DNA from: a virus
Virus record (IMG/VR): IMGVR_UViG_3300020576_003846
Coordinates: 1 to 29,912 of that record
Reading direction: 5' to 3' (one strand)
DNA: 29,912 nt
Shown: one piece after another, positions 1-8,341 of the stretch
Position numbering within the stretch: position 1 is the first letter of the stretch
Layout of the letters: each line of letters starts with the position of its first letter
Notes under the pieces: generated by a model
Database searches by the model: none
The model's input: only the letters and a program-made list of their open reading frames with translations
What the model was told of the DNA's origin: nothing
Made by a program: the position numbers and the translations under genes

Positions 1-180
1 TGCTCGACCCGCCGCTAATGGTAGAGGCTTGCCCGCTTGCGGTGTTGCTCGACCCGCCGCTAATGGTAGAGGCTTGCCCGCTTGCGGTATTACTTTCCCC
101 GCCGCCAATGGTAGATCTCACCCCGCTTGCTGCGTTGCTCGACCCGCCGCCGATGGTTGAATATTGCCCACTTGCCACCT
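1..180. repeat. Four tandem 45-bp (15-codon) coding repeats of the tail-fibre gene, continuous with the repeats at 29741..29912
   Basis: Units are 1-45, 46-90, 91-135 and 136-180. The first two differ at a single base, and the later two are diverged but keep the GGxSN.ASG periodicity. Confidence 0.9.
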
Positions 181-721
181 GTGCAGCGGTCGCCCGCGTC
201 ATCTGGAAATCGACAGCACCTATCCCCCGCTTGTTGCCGCCGGTAGCCGTGCCATCGGGAACATGAGCTAATATGGCGCCATTGCCTTTTGGCTTTAGGA
301 CAAAGTCAACATTCGTAGTACTTCCTTTGGCCTCGAGAGCGCTAACATTCGTTGTATTGTTCGGTGAACTTGTGTACGCATTATCATCGAAGTTTACCAA
401 ACCACCGCCACCTGCTGCGGGTTGCCATGCGCTGCCACCGCTGCCGTCAGCTGTGAGAACGTCACCACTACTTGCGCCCGTGCTAACAATATCCGCATCG
501 GTATGCGTGTGTGCTTTTTCGGCAGCCTCAACCCATGCGGCATCCTTGCGCCCGTAAATTTTGGTATCGCTTGGGGCTTCGCTGATACCACCTGCGTTGT
601 CTTTGCCAAACTCTGCGTAATGGTCACCGGTTACGTCCGGCTCCGTCAGGGTCATAGACCCCGTACCGTCACGCCGTGTGAACCGCAAACCTTCTTTAGT
701 TTCTTCTATTTTTATTTTCAT
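1..721 (-). CDS. Tail fibre protein, 5' part (about 240 codons). The gene leaves the window at position 1 and resumes in frame at 29875 if the ends are joined.
   Basis: ATG at 721..719 overlaps the TGA (720..718) of the upstream gene (ATGA junction). My translation is MKIKIEETKEGLRFTRRDGTGSMTLTEPDVTGDHYAEFGKDNAGGISEAPSDTKIYGRKDAAWVEAAEKAHTHTDADIVSTGASSGDVLTADGSGGSAWQPAAGGGGLVNFDD..., open to position 1. It is absent from the ORF track because there is no stop in the window. EAPxDxKxYxRK..W and HTHTxxDI are motifs I associate with phage tail-fibre N-termini. The 3' part consists of 15-aa GGxSNTASGxxSTI units resembling Hep_Hag/YadA-head repeats. Confidence 0.75.
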   Translation of the reverse strand, partial: MKIKIEETKEGLRFTRRDGTGSMTLTEPDVTGDHYAEFGKDNAGGISEAPSDTKIYGRKDAAWVEAAEKAHTHTDADIVSTGASSGDVLTADGSGGSAWQPAAGGGGLVNFDDNAYTSSPNNTTNVSALEAKGSTTNVDFVLKPKGNGAILAHVPDGTATGGNKRGIGAVDFQMTRATAAQVASGQYSTIGGGSSNAASGVRSTIGGGESNTASGQASTISGGSSNTASGQASTISGGSS

Positions 722-1197
722 TTACTTTTTCCTCCGAATAAAAAACCTATGACGAACGCCGCGCCGTGCGTTCCTATATCTGACCATATAGTGCGCTTGC
801 TGTAATTGTTTACAACACGAGCAACAGGGACATTCATGATTATCGTATCTGGATGATACTTAGCCCACAAGCTTAACACGCTTTCCGGATACCTGTATTC
901 AACATTCATTGTATCGTTATTTATCACAGTATCCAACGTAGCAACAAATGCCGGTGAGCAGTACAGCCCTTCAGGTGTTACTTGTTTTACAACGGTGTCA
1001 AACTTGACAACCGTGTCACGTCGGATAATATTTTTTGTTACCACGTCGGTAACGACTAACGGGTCACGCTGAACAACCTTTGTCACAACGACAGTATCAA
1101 CGATACGCTCAACGGTACGGATGCCGCCGCACCGGCTTAAGAGCCATAAGGATGCAACAACAATAATTCCGGCAATAATGTAATTTATAGTATTCAT
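718..1197 (-). CDS. Membrane-anchored protein, possible spanin (unimolecular-spanin-like topology)
   Basis: It lies immediately downstream of the endolysin, with an ATGA junction at 1197..1194. The N-terminus is hydrophobic (IIAGIIVVASLWLLSRCGG), the middle is V/T-rich and probably beta-rich, and the C-terminus is short and hydrophobic (GAAFVIGFLFGG). The Cys is not in a canonical lipobox (R at -1), so the call rests mainly on position. Confidence 0.3.
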   Translation of the reverse strand: MNTINYIIAGIIVVASLWLLSRCGGIRTVERIVDTVVVTKVVQRDPLVVTDVVTKNIIRRDTVVKFDTVVKQVTPEGLYCSPAFVATLDTVINNDTMNVEYRYPESVLSLWAKYHPDTIIMNVPVARVVNNYSKRTIWSDIGTHGAAFVIGFLFGGKSK

Positions 1198-1778
1198 ATG
1201 CCAACCAAGCCTAAGACCAACATACGACCCAACGGGTGCGTTAAATTTCGTGACCGATTGTACACGCCGCCGCCATCACGCTGCGAGCCTGCCGCACCGC
1301 TTGATGTATTAAACGCAACTGTCTTTACCCAACCCGCTCTGCCAATTTCGCGGATGCGCTCCACGTGACCACTTGCGCTCGTGGCATAGCCCCAACAAAG
1401 GAAGTCGCCACGTCGTGGCGTGTAGTGTACACGCTGCCCCTTGCGCTTGGCCCAATTCCAGAACGTCCGGACGTGGCCTGTGCGCATAATGCATATAGAT
1501 GTACAAATCTGCGCAAAGGCCCAATATTGCCCCGCCATGCAGTAAGGTGAACCCTTTGGGTTGCCAACGGCAGCATTATATTTATTTATGGCAACGCCAT
1601 CATTGCGCCCTGTACGCTCACGCACACCTACTTGGCTTTGCGCAACAGCTAAACTATTATACCAAAGTGCGCTGTCACAGCTAATAACAACCTTAGTTGC
1701 TGAATGCAATGAAGTAGCTGCCAGCATAGACAAGACCAACAAGCAGAGCCACAGCATTGAAAATACGTGCTTTCGCAT
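1194..1778 (-). CDS. Endolysin, CHAP / NlpC-P60-superfamily cysteine peptidase with an N-terminal signal or signal-anchor sequence
   Basis: TGRNDGVAINKY...GSPYCMAGQYW (catalytic Cys context), RGDFLCWGY...SGHVERI (His) and AFNTSSG fit the CHAP-like pattern seen in phage lysins. The N-terminus MLWLCLLVLSMLAATSL is hydrophobic. An RBS-like GAAGGGA lies 7-8 nt upstream of the ATG at 1778. Confidence 0.6.
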   Translation of the reverse strand: MRKHVFSMLWLCLLVLSMLAATSLHSATKVVISCDSALWYNSLAVAQSQVGVRERTGRNDGVAINKYNAAVGNPKGSPYCMAGQYWAFAQICTSICIMRTGHVRTFWNWAKRKGQRVHYTPRRGDFLCWGYATSASGHVERIREIGRAGWVKTVAFNTSSGAAGSQRDGGGVYNRSRNLTHPLGRMLVLGLVGI

Positions 1779-1992
1779 TTAGATTCCCTTCACCGTTGAA
1801 AGAGTCTGGACTGTAAACAAATAATACTATATGGCTAAGTATCACCGTTAGCATGACCGCAAAGGAGGCCTGCTTAAAGGTGTCGTATACCTCATTGCGC
1901 AACCCGCCAAATGCAATGAACGCAATAACGACAACAAGCAAAGTACCATGACGTGCGAAAAAGTTGCCAACAGCTGTTTTATCAATTTCCAT
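1693..1992 (-). CDS. Holin candidate with three predicted TM segments
   Basis: I prefer the internal ATG at 1992 (MEIDKTAV...) because GGGAG lies 5 nt upstream. Hydrophobic stretches are LLVVVIAFIAFGGL, FAVMLTVILSHIVLFVY and FNAVALLVGLVYAGSYFIAF. It sits directly upstream of, and overlaps, the endolysin gene. Confidence 0.5.
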   Translation of the reverse strand: MEIDKTAVGNFFARHGTLLVVVIAFIAFGGLRNEVYDTFKQASFAVMLTVILSHIVLFVYSPDSFNGEGNLNAKARIFNAVALLVGLVYAGSYFIAFSN

Positions 1993-2111
1993 ATTACTCC
2001 CAAATAAATAATTGTACTTTGTGCGAGGGCTGCCGTATGATACAGCCCCCAGCAAAGCACAATCTTAGTTGTGCTAAACGTACGCCACCACTTGCGTACA
2101 TGCTTCTACGA

Positions 2112-2579
2112 TTAACAAATCAGCTGCGCAACAACTCCCTTATCTGTTGCCGTGTACGGCCCGACATCGCCGCGACCAAGGAAGGCTACAGCTGCGCCGT
2201 AGGTTCCACTTGTGCCGTCACCTGCCGTTGCAACTAATTTAATGTATCGTTTTTTACCACGCAAGTCAACGAACCATTGGAAGATACCGTCGTCATCGGT
2301 GGCCGACGGCAAAGCAGACGTTCCACCTCCATCAACTTGCGGCAGCGAAGAAGTACCGTACACACTACCGGTAATATCGGTAGCCCCGCCCATGCCGCTA
2401 TCATCGGATTCAGTCAGCTTAAGTGCCGCCATTGCAATGTCGGTGGCACCCAAAGCAAAAGAAACAACGAGGTAATCATAACCGAAGGTATCAATTACCG
2501 TTGTCGTAAAACTTGCGTTGTCCTTTATCGCACCCGGTGGGCATGCGTTCACGACTTTTATGGATTGTAATTCAATCAT
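2112..2579 (-). CDS. Hypothetical virion protein downstream of the major capsid gene (possible head decoration or accessory protein)
   Basis: A 155-aa ORF with G/T/S/D-rich, beta-type composition. The call rests only on its position directly after the capsid gene. I recognised no motif. Confidence 0.3.
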   Translation of the reverse strand: MIELQSIKVVNACPPGAIKDNASFTTTVIDTFGYDYLVVSFALGATDIAMAALKLTESDDSGMGGATDITGSVYGTSSLPQVDGGGTSALPSATDDDGIFQWFVDLRGKKRYIKLVATAGDGTSGTYGAAVAFLGRGDVGPYTATDKGVVAQLIC

Positions 2580-2602
2580 ATTATTTCCCTTTGTAATAAA
2601 AA

Positions 2603-3949
2603 TTAAGAAGCTGCTGTAATCAGTCCAACGACAGGGCCGGCCTTGCGTGCTGAAGCCGTAGCCGATGCGTTACCTACGTCGTGAACAACGATGTCAACGC
2701 GCTGCGTTGTCTTGACGTAAACTGTATCAGAGAGGAAGCCCGCCGAATCATCGCGTTTCACTGCAATTTGTGAACGCCGCCCCATCGTTGAGGCTAGCGA
2801 CAGGTCACCAAGCAATGCGCATACCTGACTATTTGCCTCGACCTTCGGCATGGCATCCGTGAACACAACAGGAATGCCAAGAAGTTTAGCATTGCCAATA
2901 CCATTAACAAAGTCCATAGGCGTTACCCCTGAGGCAGCCATAATCAATCGCTCTGGGGCTGCTGCCCAAAACTGCCTACTCATGAACCAACGTGTATTGG
3001 CGGTATATCCTAAATTTGGCAACAAACCTTTTGCGGCTACGAAGTCTTCCATCGTTAGCTCAGAGTACGCATTGCCGCTACCGACCTTAAGACCTGCGAT
3101 ATGGGCAATCGTGTTGCTAAGTGATTTTAACCTCGTGGTAACCCCAACGATACCATCATAACTACTTGTACCATCACCAACGAAACCGGCTTCGTCAATT
3201 TTTTTAGCAGCAGCCCGCGCCATATCGCCGGCAAGGATATCGCCAATGCGGATGATTGCGTCGTCTTCTAACTCATTGGTAAACGATGCTAATGAATGAA
3301 TTTTTTTAGCAATTAATTTAATGCGATTAGTCAGGCTACCACTGTCCAAGCCCGATAACGACGAGGCTTCAGAACCCCAATAGGCCGTGGCGTTATCGGT
3401 GATGCGGATAACATCACGCGTATCCGAACCCATAGGCTCCACGCGTGTGTACTGCTCATATACGCCGTACTGCTCAATAAGGTGGATAACGTACGATGAC
3501 AGTTCATTTGGCACCAACGCGCCACCGAGTGCGTTGTCGTACTCAACGTTAAACGCTTTGGTGTTTATGTTCAAGTCGTTTAGCTTCGTCTTTGCTTTGT
3601 CGCTACCGCTCACAGCCATGCCGAAGAGGCCGAACTTATACGCGATTTCGTCAGAAGGTAAATTTTTTGCAATTACCTTAGATCCCCCTGTGGCGTATGG
3701 CATGGCCTTCACTTCAGGGGCAGGCGTTGGTAAGGTCTGCACATCGAGGGGGGGAGCAGCTTGGACGCTCTTTTTCTTTAGCTCTTCGAAGTTCTGCAAA
3801 GATTTGATTTCCGTTTTAACGGTTTCGATTTCACCCGCTAACTGTGCAGCCTGATCTGCCTGTACCGCCGTCGGTGACGGCAAAGCAAAGAGGGAATTGA
3901 GTTGAGACTCTAAATCTCTTTGCTTATCATGCATTTGTTGTATCGTCAT
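2603..3949 (-). CDS. Major capsid protein, HK97 fold family, with an N-terminal coiled-coil delta domain
   Basis: 448 aa. The N-terminal roughly 100 aa are helical (QQMHDKQRDLESQLNSL...EIETVKTEIKSLQNFEELKKK). The ALGGALVPNELSSYVIHLIEQYGVYEQYTRVEPMGSDT block is typical of the Phage_capsid (HK97) family. It lies directly downstream of a prohead protease. Confidence 0.85.
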   Translation of the reverse strand: MTIQQMHDKQRDLESQLNSLFALPSPTAVQADQAAQLAGEIETVKTEIKSLQNFEELKKKSVQAAPPLDVQTLPTPAPEVKAMPYATGGSKVIAKNLPSDEIAYKFGLFGMAVSGSDKAKTKLNDLNINTKAFNVEYDNALGGALVPNELSSYVIHLIEQYGVYEQYTRVEPMGSDTRDVIRITDNATAYWGSEASSLSGLDSGSLTNRIKLIAKKIHSLASFTNELEDDAIIRIGDILAGDMARAAAKKIDEAGFVGDGTSSYDGIVGVTTRLKSLSNTIAHIAGLKVGSGNAYSELTMEDFVAAKGLLPNLGYTANTRWFMSRQFWAAAPERLIMAASGVTPMDFVNGIGNAKLLGIPVVFTDAMPKVEANSQVCALLGDLSLASTMGRRSQIAVKRDDSAGFLSDTVYVKTTQRVDIVVHDVGNASATASARKAGPVVGLITAAS

Positions 3950-3952
3950 AAT

Positions 3953-4756
3953 TTAGTTTCCTTTGTGATAATTGTGTTTAGCTTTAATGGCGGCCATACG
4001 TAATATGGCTGCCTTGTCCTCTGGCTTGGCACTATCAGCGAGCGTGCGTATATCAGCTGCCGAATCCTGAAGCGCACTAATAGCGTTGTCAATAGAGTTA
4101 AGATGTTCATTCAAACTTTTAACGTTGCTACTTGACAGTACTCTGCCTTCTTTAGTACGCATATCTACACGAGCTTTCAACCTGTCCACAAGCCCCGCTA
4201 TATCAACCCGTACAGCGTTTACATGGGCATCGAAGCTCAGCGAGTTATACATACTTTTATTTATCGTCGTAGTCAAATTATTTACAGGGAAAGTCACCAC
4301 CGACCACTCCCAAAGTTTGCCATTTATAAGTTCGCGCACACCGTCATGAGCAATGCGGTCTTCAAAGGTTTGTATGCCGACGCTATACTGCGATAATATA
4401 CCTTTTTTTATATTGCTGTACACTTCGGCCCCTTTCGTTCCTGGCTCTGTATTAAATTCAGCCCGAACAAATAAACCGCCATAGTTTTTTAACGACGCTG
4501 GCAACAAAGCGTCATGCGGTGCAAGGCTGCGCACTTCGACAGTTCGCGCAACAGGTGCGCTGGGGTCATGCTGCCACAAGCCCATAATAGGCGTTCCCTG
4601 CTTGAACTCTTCAATCGAGGCATCGAAGTAGCCGTAAACAATGCGCTCATTGTACCTATCTACATTACCGTACACCGCCGCGATGAGGTCAACGGTGCCT
4701 TCGGGTAAACTCTCATTATCAAGCTTGACAGCGTTAATAAATTTATGTGTTATCAT
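3953..4756 (-). CDS. Prohead maturation protease (HK97-type, S78/U35-like)
   Basis: AAVYGNVDRYNERIVYGYF...GLWQHD (His context) and EWSVVTFPVNN (Ser context) fit the family. The C-terminal helical region suits capsid targeting. Its position between the portal and capsid genes is the expected one. Confidence 0.8.
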   Translation of the reverse strand: MITHKFINAVKLDNESLPEGTVDLIAAVYGNVDRYNERIVYGYFDASIEEFKQGTPIMGLWQHDPSAPVARTVEVRSLAPHDALLPASLKNYGGLFVRAEFNTEPGTKGAEVYSNIKKGILSQYSVGIQTFEDRIAHDGVRELINGKLWEWSVVTFPVNNLTTTINKSMYNSLSFDAHVNAVRVDIAGLVDRLKARVDMRTKEGRVLSSSNVKSLNEHLNSIDNAISALQDSAADIRTLADSAKPEDKAAILRMAAIKAKHNYHKGN

Positions 4757-4766
4757 AATTTTTCTT

Positions 4767-6680
4767 TCATTGCTTTACTTTACTTTTCTTCACAAGTCGC
4801 GTGCGACAACGGCAGTTCACCGCGTTCCATGCCGAAAGCCCATCACCGGCAGGCTTATCGGTAACTTCGCCACCCACGACAAATAAACCTGCTTCGTTTT
4901 CGTACTGCCCGTTAGCCTCCCTATGTGCCTTCCGTGCCTTCGGCAAAGCAACCCACATGCGTACGACCTGTTTTTCCGGTGGCTTGCGGCTATTGTAATC
5001 TTTTTGAACTTCGGCTTTTGCGGTGGCCTCTGTAGCTGTCACCGTCGTGCGTGCTATCATGGCGGCCTGTGCCGGTGCAAGAGTTTTGAAAAACGTTGTT
5101 AGCTCATAGTAAATATCTTCAACACTTGCGTACGGATTAGCCACAAGAACTTTCTGCACTTCCTCACGTATCGTCCCTATGCTCTTTCTGATTTTGCTTG
5201 CTGATTCTTTTACACCGCTACGCACTGCCTCCGTATATTCGCCCTCTGCATCTGTTCCTATTTCATTAATAGCGGTAGCAATAGCGTTTAGTATAATTGT
5301 TTTGCGCTCTTCCTCAGTAGCGTAAAGAAGTTTGTCTGTCCAATCGTCCCAAGCAATACTCTTGCGCTCAGTGACGTGAACACCTAATTTGTACGTTTTT
5401 GTAATGTCCTTGCCCAGCTCTTCTATCCCCTTGCGCAAGGCTTCATACAAGGGGCGCTCTTCGTCGGTTATGTCGTTATCACCATCTTTGTAGTCATAGG
5501 CTTTATTGCTTATTTTAGTACTTGTTGCCACGGGCTCCGGCACTACAGCCGCCGCCAAGTCGTAAACTTCCCTAACTTCGGCAATGGTCATGATGCCCGC
5601 AAGGTAGGCTTCACGCGCCTGCGTTAACGCTTCGGCTTGCGTGGGTTTGAGTACCTGCAAACTGTCAACATTAAAGCGCAAATTTATATCCGGATATTCA
5701 GAGCGAAAACCCTCCGTGAGTTGCGATGATAATATTGCATACAATGGTACGCGTGTGTACTGTGTGAAGTCTTTGGCGGCCTGCTCAAAATTTGAATATG
5801 TGGTCATTTGCAAACCTGCGTATGTGTACGCCATAATAGGATGCACTCGGTAGGTTCCACAGATGCGGCTTTCGAGTTGGGCAAAGGTGTCGGTCATGCC
5901 CATTTCGCTATAATTCAGCGCAAGCCTTTGTACAGACCGCACACCCCACAGGTGCGCCGCCATGCCCTTGTTTGCACCGCCGTAACGCTTGCCGAAACTC
6001 TCGCGTATTGTTGTCTGCTGCGTAGGTGTTAACTCTTCGTCGTAAACTATTACAGTATTTGGCACCGCGTCGTTTTTGTGCAAACTATACACAGTAGTTG
6101 CAGCCTCGTTAAAAGATGCTACCGAAGTATATGATAATCTTATTGGTGAATCACCCATCCAATCGCGTCGCGGATCGTGCCAGAACGCAGTAAGGTGGAT
6201 GATGTCTTCTTTGTCTATGGGGATTTCCTTTGCATCTACCGTATATCTGTACTTCGTTACTACTCCGTATTTATCTACGATAGGCGTGATAAACTCGTCA
6301 GAATACACCTTCAAATATTTTACTACGCCGTTAGCCCTAACCTTGTATATGTACGCATTGCCGGATATGCACAGGTAGAGCATAGCCCGGCTGAATACGC
6401 GCTCCCATTGCGAAGCCTCAAGGATCGCATATACGCCATGCTGTTCTATTACTTTACCGTTGTTGTCGTATGCCCACAAAGGAGCCTCCGGCATGGTCAG
6501 CTGATACGCCATTGCGCAACCTTGTAGTATTGGGTTCTGCTCATACAGCTGCAAATATTGCCCGTAGTTAACCACGCTGCCAAATGCTTGCCGCCCTGCC
6601 ATACCAACAGGTAAGGCCACCGTTGCGGTGGGTTGCGTCGCTTTTACTTGCACTCCAAACAATTTTTCTAACCAGCCCAT
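4767..6680 (-). CDS. Portal protein (HK97-family portal domain) fused to a C-terminal MuF / SPP1 gp7-like head-morphogenesis domain
   Basis: The N-terminal ~400 aa have portal-like blocks (GNAYIYKVRANG...YRY...IIHL..F.HDPR...GDSPI...NKG). The C-terminus has ARTTVTATEA...RMWVALPKARKAHREANGQ...NCRCRT, the MuF signature (ART..., H..., NCRC). The track starts at TTG 6686; I prefer the ATG at 6680 (MGWLEK...). Confidence 0.8.
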   Translation of the reverse strand: MGWLEKLFGVQVKATQPTATVALPVGMAGRQAFGSVVNYGQYLQLYEQNPILQGCAMAYQLTMPEAPLWAYDNNGKVIEQHGVYAILEASQWERVFSRAMLYLCISGNAYIYKVRANGVVKYLKVYSDEFITPIVDKYGVVTKYRYTVDAKEIPIDKEDIIHLTAFWHDPRRDWMGDSPIRLSYTSVASFNEAATTVYSLHKNDAVPNTVIVYDEELTPTQQTTIRESFGKRYGGANKGMAAHLWGVRSVQRLALNYSEMGMTDTFAQLESRICGTYRVHPIMAYTYAGLQMTTYSNFEQAAKDFTQYTRVPLYAILSSQLTEGFRSEYPDINLRFNVDSLQVLKPTQAEALTQAREAYLAGIMTIAEVREVYDLAAAVVPEPVATSTKISNKAYDYKDGDNDITDEERPLYEALRKGIEELGKDITKTYKLGVHVTERKSIAWDDWTDKLLYATEEERKTIILNAIATAINEIGTDAEGEYTEAVRSGVKESASKIRKSIGTIREEVQKVLVANPYASVEDIYYELTTFFKTLAPAQAAMIARTTVTATEATAKAEVQKDYNSRKPPEKQVVRMWVALPKARKAHREANGQYENEAGLFVVGGEVTDKPAGDGLSAWNAVNCRCRTRLVKKSKVKQ

Positions 6681-6693
6681 TTGCAAAGTTTAT

Positions 6694-7905
6694 CTATATG
6701 GTAAATATACCTACCGTACTTTTACTTGCTAACGTGTCAGCGTGGACTAAAGCATCTACGAAATGATCATCTTCGTTCTTTGTTTCCCCTGTGAACGCAA
6801 GTAATGACTCTTCAAACTCTCGCGGTAGCGTGCTTGCAAACCCGATATTACCATGCTCAATGCGCCCTTCAACAGGCAGAAACCTTGAAAGTTTACTTTT
6901 TGTTGCAGGCATGCCACGCACATAAATATCAGGCATAGCGCGACGCACGTCGTCAACAATTATACGTTGAAACGCTACATCTTCAATACCGCATTTTTCC
7001 GCACCGTACCTTTGACAAAAAGCGACAATGCGCTGCGTGATTTCGGTGAGTGAAGATTTGCGGAACCGTTCCGCACCAATAACCACACGAGGGCGGTGCT
7101 TGTCTTCTGGAACAGCAAGGGCCACAAGTGCCGTAAAGTCTGCATCTTCTGCCTCACTAATAGCAAGGTCAACACCAACGCAAACGGTGTAGTCTGCATC
7201 TGGTATCATGTGGCGATACCACTCGCGTTTGATTCGTGCACCTTCCGCGTCTACGAATTCAGCTAGCGCCTCTTGCGCAAAGATGCGTGAAGATACTTGG
7301 CTTTTGTATCTATCCAACTCTTCGACTGGCAGATGCGGGTTGTCGTACGAAGTGTAATGATACCTCTTCGCATATTCCGCCGACTGATCCCACAAGCGCC
7401 TAAAGTACTGCCCGCCCTTGTCAGTCTTTGGCGTTGATAGGTGCCACGCCGTACCCTTGCGCTTCATGAGGGTGGGCTGTATTGCCTGCGTCCACGCATC
7501 TTCGTAGTTGCGCGAAATAGCACACTCATCAATTACAACAACATCATATTCACGAGGTCTTATAGCATCATAATTATCGAGGCTCCACAGGTCAAGTTGC
7601 GCACCCGTGACAAATTCAATAGCGTGTTCATTACGTGCGCTGCGTGTGATTGCCGGCAAATAAATATTTATAAAATCATTCATCCATTGTGATAAATATT
7701 TATACTCTGGCGCTATGTAAGCCATCACCTTACCCGCTGCCATGCCCCTCGCTATGGGCGCTCTTGAGCCTCGAGACTTACCGAACTTGCGACCGCACCG
7801 CGCAATAACAAGACGCGCATCGTCGTTATGTTTACCAAAAACGTCGCGCTGTTTTTCGTGGTGATTCGGTTTAACTTCTATCACGCGGGTTCCCTTCGAC
7901 TGCAT
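6694..7905 (-). CDS. terL: Terminase large subunit
   Basis: It has a Walker A-like CGRKFGKS, a Walker B VVVIDE and a C-terminal RNaseH-like nuclease block VGVDLAISEAEDADFTALV. It lies upstream of the portal gene. Confidence 0.85.
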   Translation of the reverse strand: MQSKGTRVIEVKPNHHEKQRDVFGKHNDDARLVIARCGRKFGKSRGSRAPIARGMAAGKVMAYIAPEYKYLSQWMNDFINIYLPAITRSARNEHAIEFVTGAQLDLWSLDNYDAIRPREYDVVVIDECAISRNYEDAWTQAIQPTLMKRKGTAWHLSTPKTDKGGQYFRRLWDQSAEYAKRYHYTSYDNPHLPVEELDRYKSQVSSRIFAQEALAEFVDAEGARIKREWYRHMIPDADYTVCVGVDLAISEAEDADFTALVALAVPEDKHRPRVVIGAERFRKSSLTEITQRIVAFCQRYGAEKCGIEDVAFQRIIVDDVRRAMPDIYVRGMPATKSKLSRFLPVEGRIEHGNIGFASTLPREFEESLLAFTGETKNEDDHFVDALVHADTLASKSTVGIFTI

Positions 7906-7933
7906 CCTTCAGAGTCCATCTATAAATCTCTCT

Positions 7934-8341
7934 TTAGTCTCCAGTAGCTCCATAATTTTTACCTTTATTAGTTAGGTTATAACAGTCCATTAATACAGAG
8001 TAGGGAGCTTCTATCTCCTGAGCTATACTCCTGAGGCCTGGTAGTAACATTAAAGAGGCTGGCTCATTTATCATAAATTCAAAGGATATAGCCCAAAGGA
8101 TAGAGCTATACTGGTCTGAGCCTAAACATCCGCTCCAGGTCTTAGGTAGTCCAAAATCTTGAGGTTTAATCTGTAGGAGGTCTTTATATTTTGCTCCCTC
8201 CTGTAGGGCTTTCTCTAAGGCTCTAAAGTATTTACTATATCTGGAGCTTATTACTGTCTCCTCTAAGCCCTCCAGCGTCTCCTTTGTAATCCCTGTAAGT
8301 TTCTGTTTGTATGGGAATTTATGTTTAATCTCACTAATCAT
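7934..8341 (-). CDS. Hypothetical protein encoded on a compositionally foreign (CpG-poor, lower-GC) island between terS and terL
   Basis: A 135-aa ORF. Its ATG at 8341 overlaps the terS stop by 8 nt. Arg is encoded by AGA here, versus CGN elsewhere in the genome. I recognised no motif. Confidence 0.55.
   Translation of the reverse strand: MISEIKHKFPYKQKLTGITKETLEGLEETVISSRYSKYFRALEKALQEGAKYKDLLQIKPQDFGLPKTWSGCLGSDQYSSILWAISFEFMINEPASLMLLPGLRSIAQEIEAPYSVLMDCYNLTNKGKNYGATGD

Noticed and set aside
18-805. Plus-strand ORFs 18..266, 273..557 and 422..805, and minus-strand ORF 394..627
   Set aside because: All lie antisense to, or out of frame with, the tail-fibre ORF that runs from 721 to the left edge. 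That ORF has a coupled ATG and recognisable fibre motifs. The repetitive PPLMVEACPLAVLL peptide simply mirrors the 45-bp fibre repeats.
2080-2099. Hairpin GTACGC-N8-GCGTAC downstream of the 155-aa gene as a terminator separating head genes from the lysis cassette
   Set aside because: It has only a 6-bp stem with an 8-nt loop and a very short U run (GUUUAG) on the minus-strand transcript. That is too weak to call by eye. It is worth including in a formal terminator scan.
3748-3754. A G7/C7 homopolymer inside the major capsid gene as a second phase-variable tract
   Set aside because: Seven bases is below the length at which slippage is usually appreciable. It encodes Pro-Pro in the N-terminal region of an essential single-copy capsid gene, where on/off switching would be lethal.
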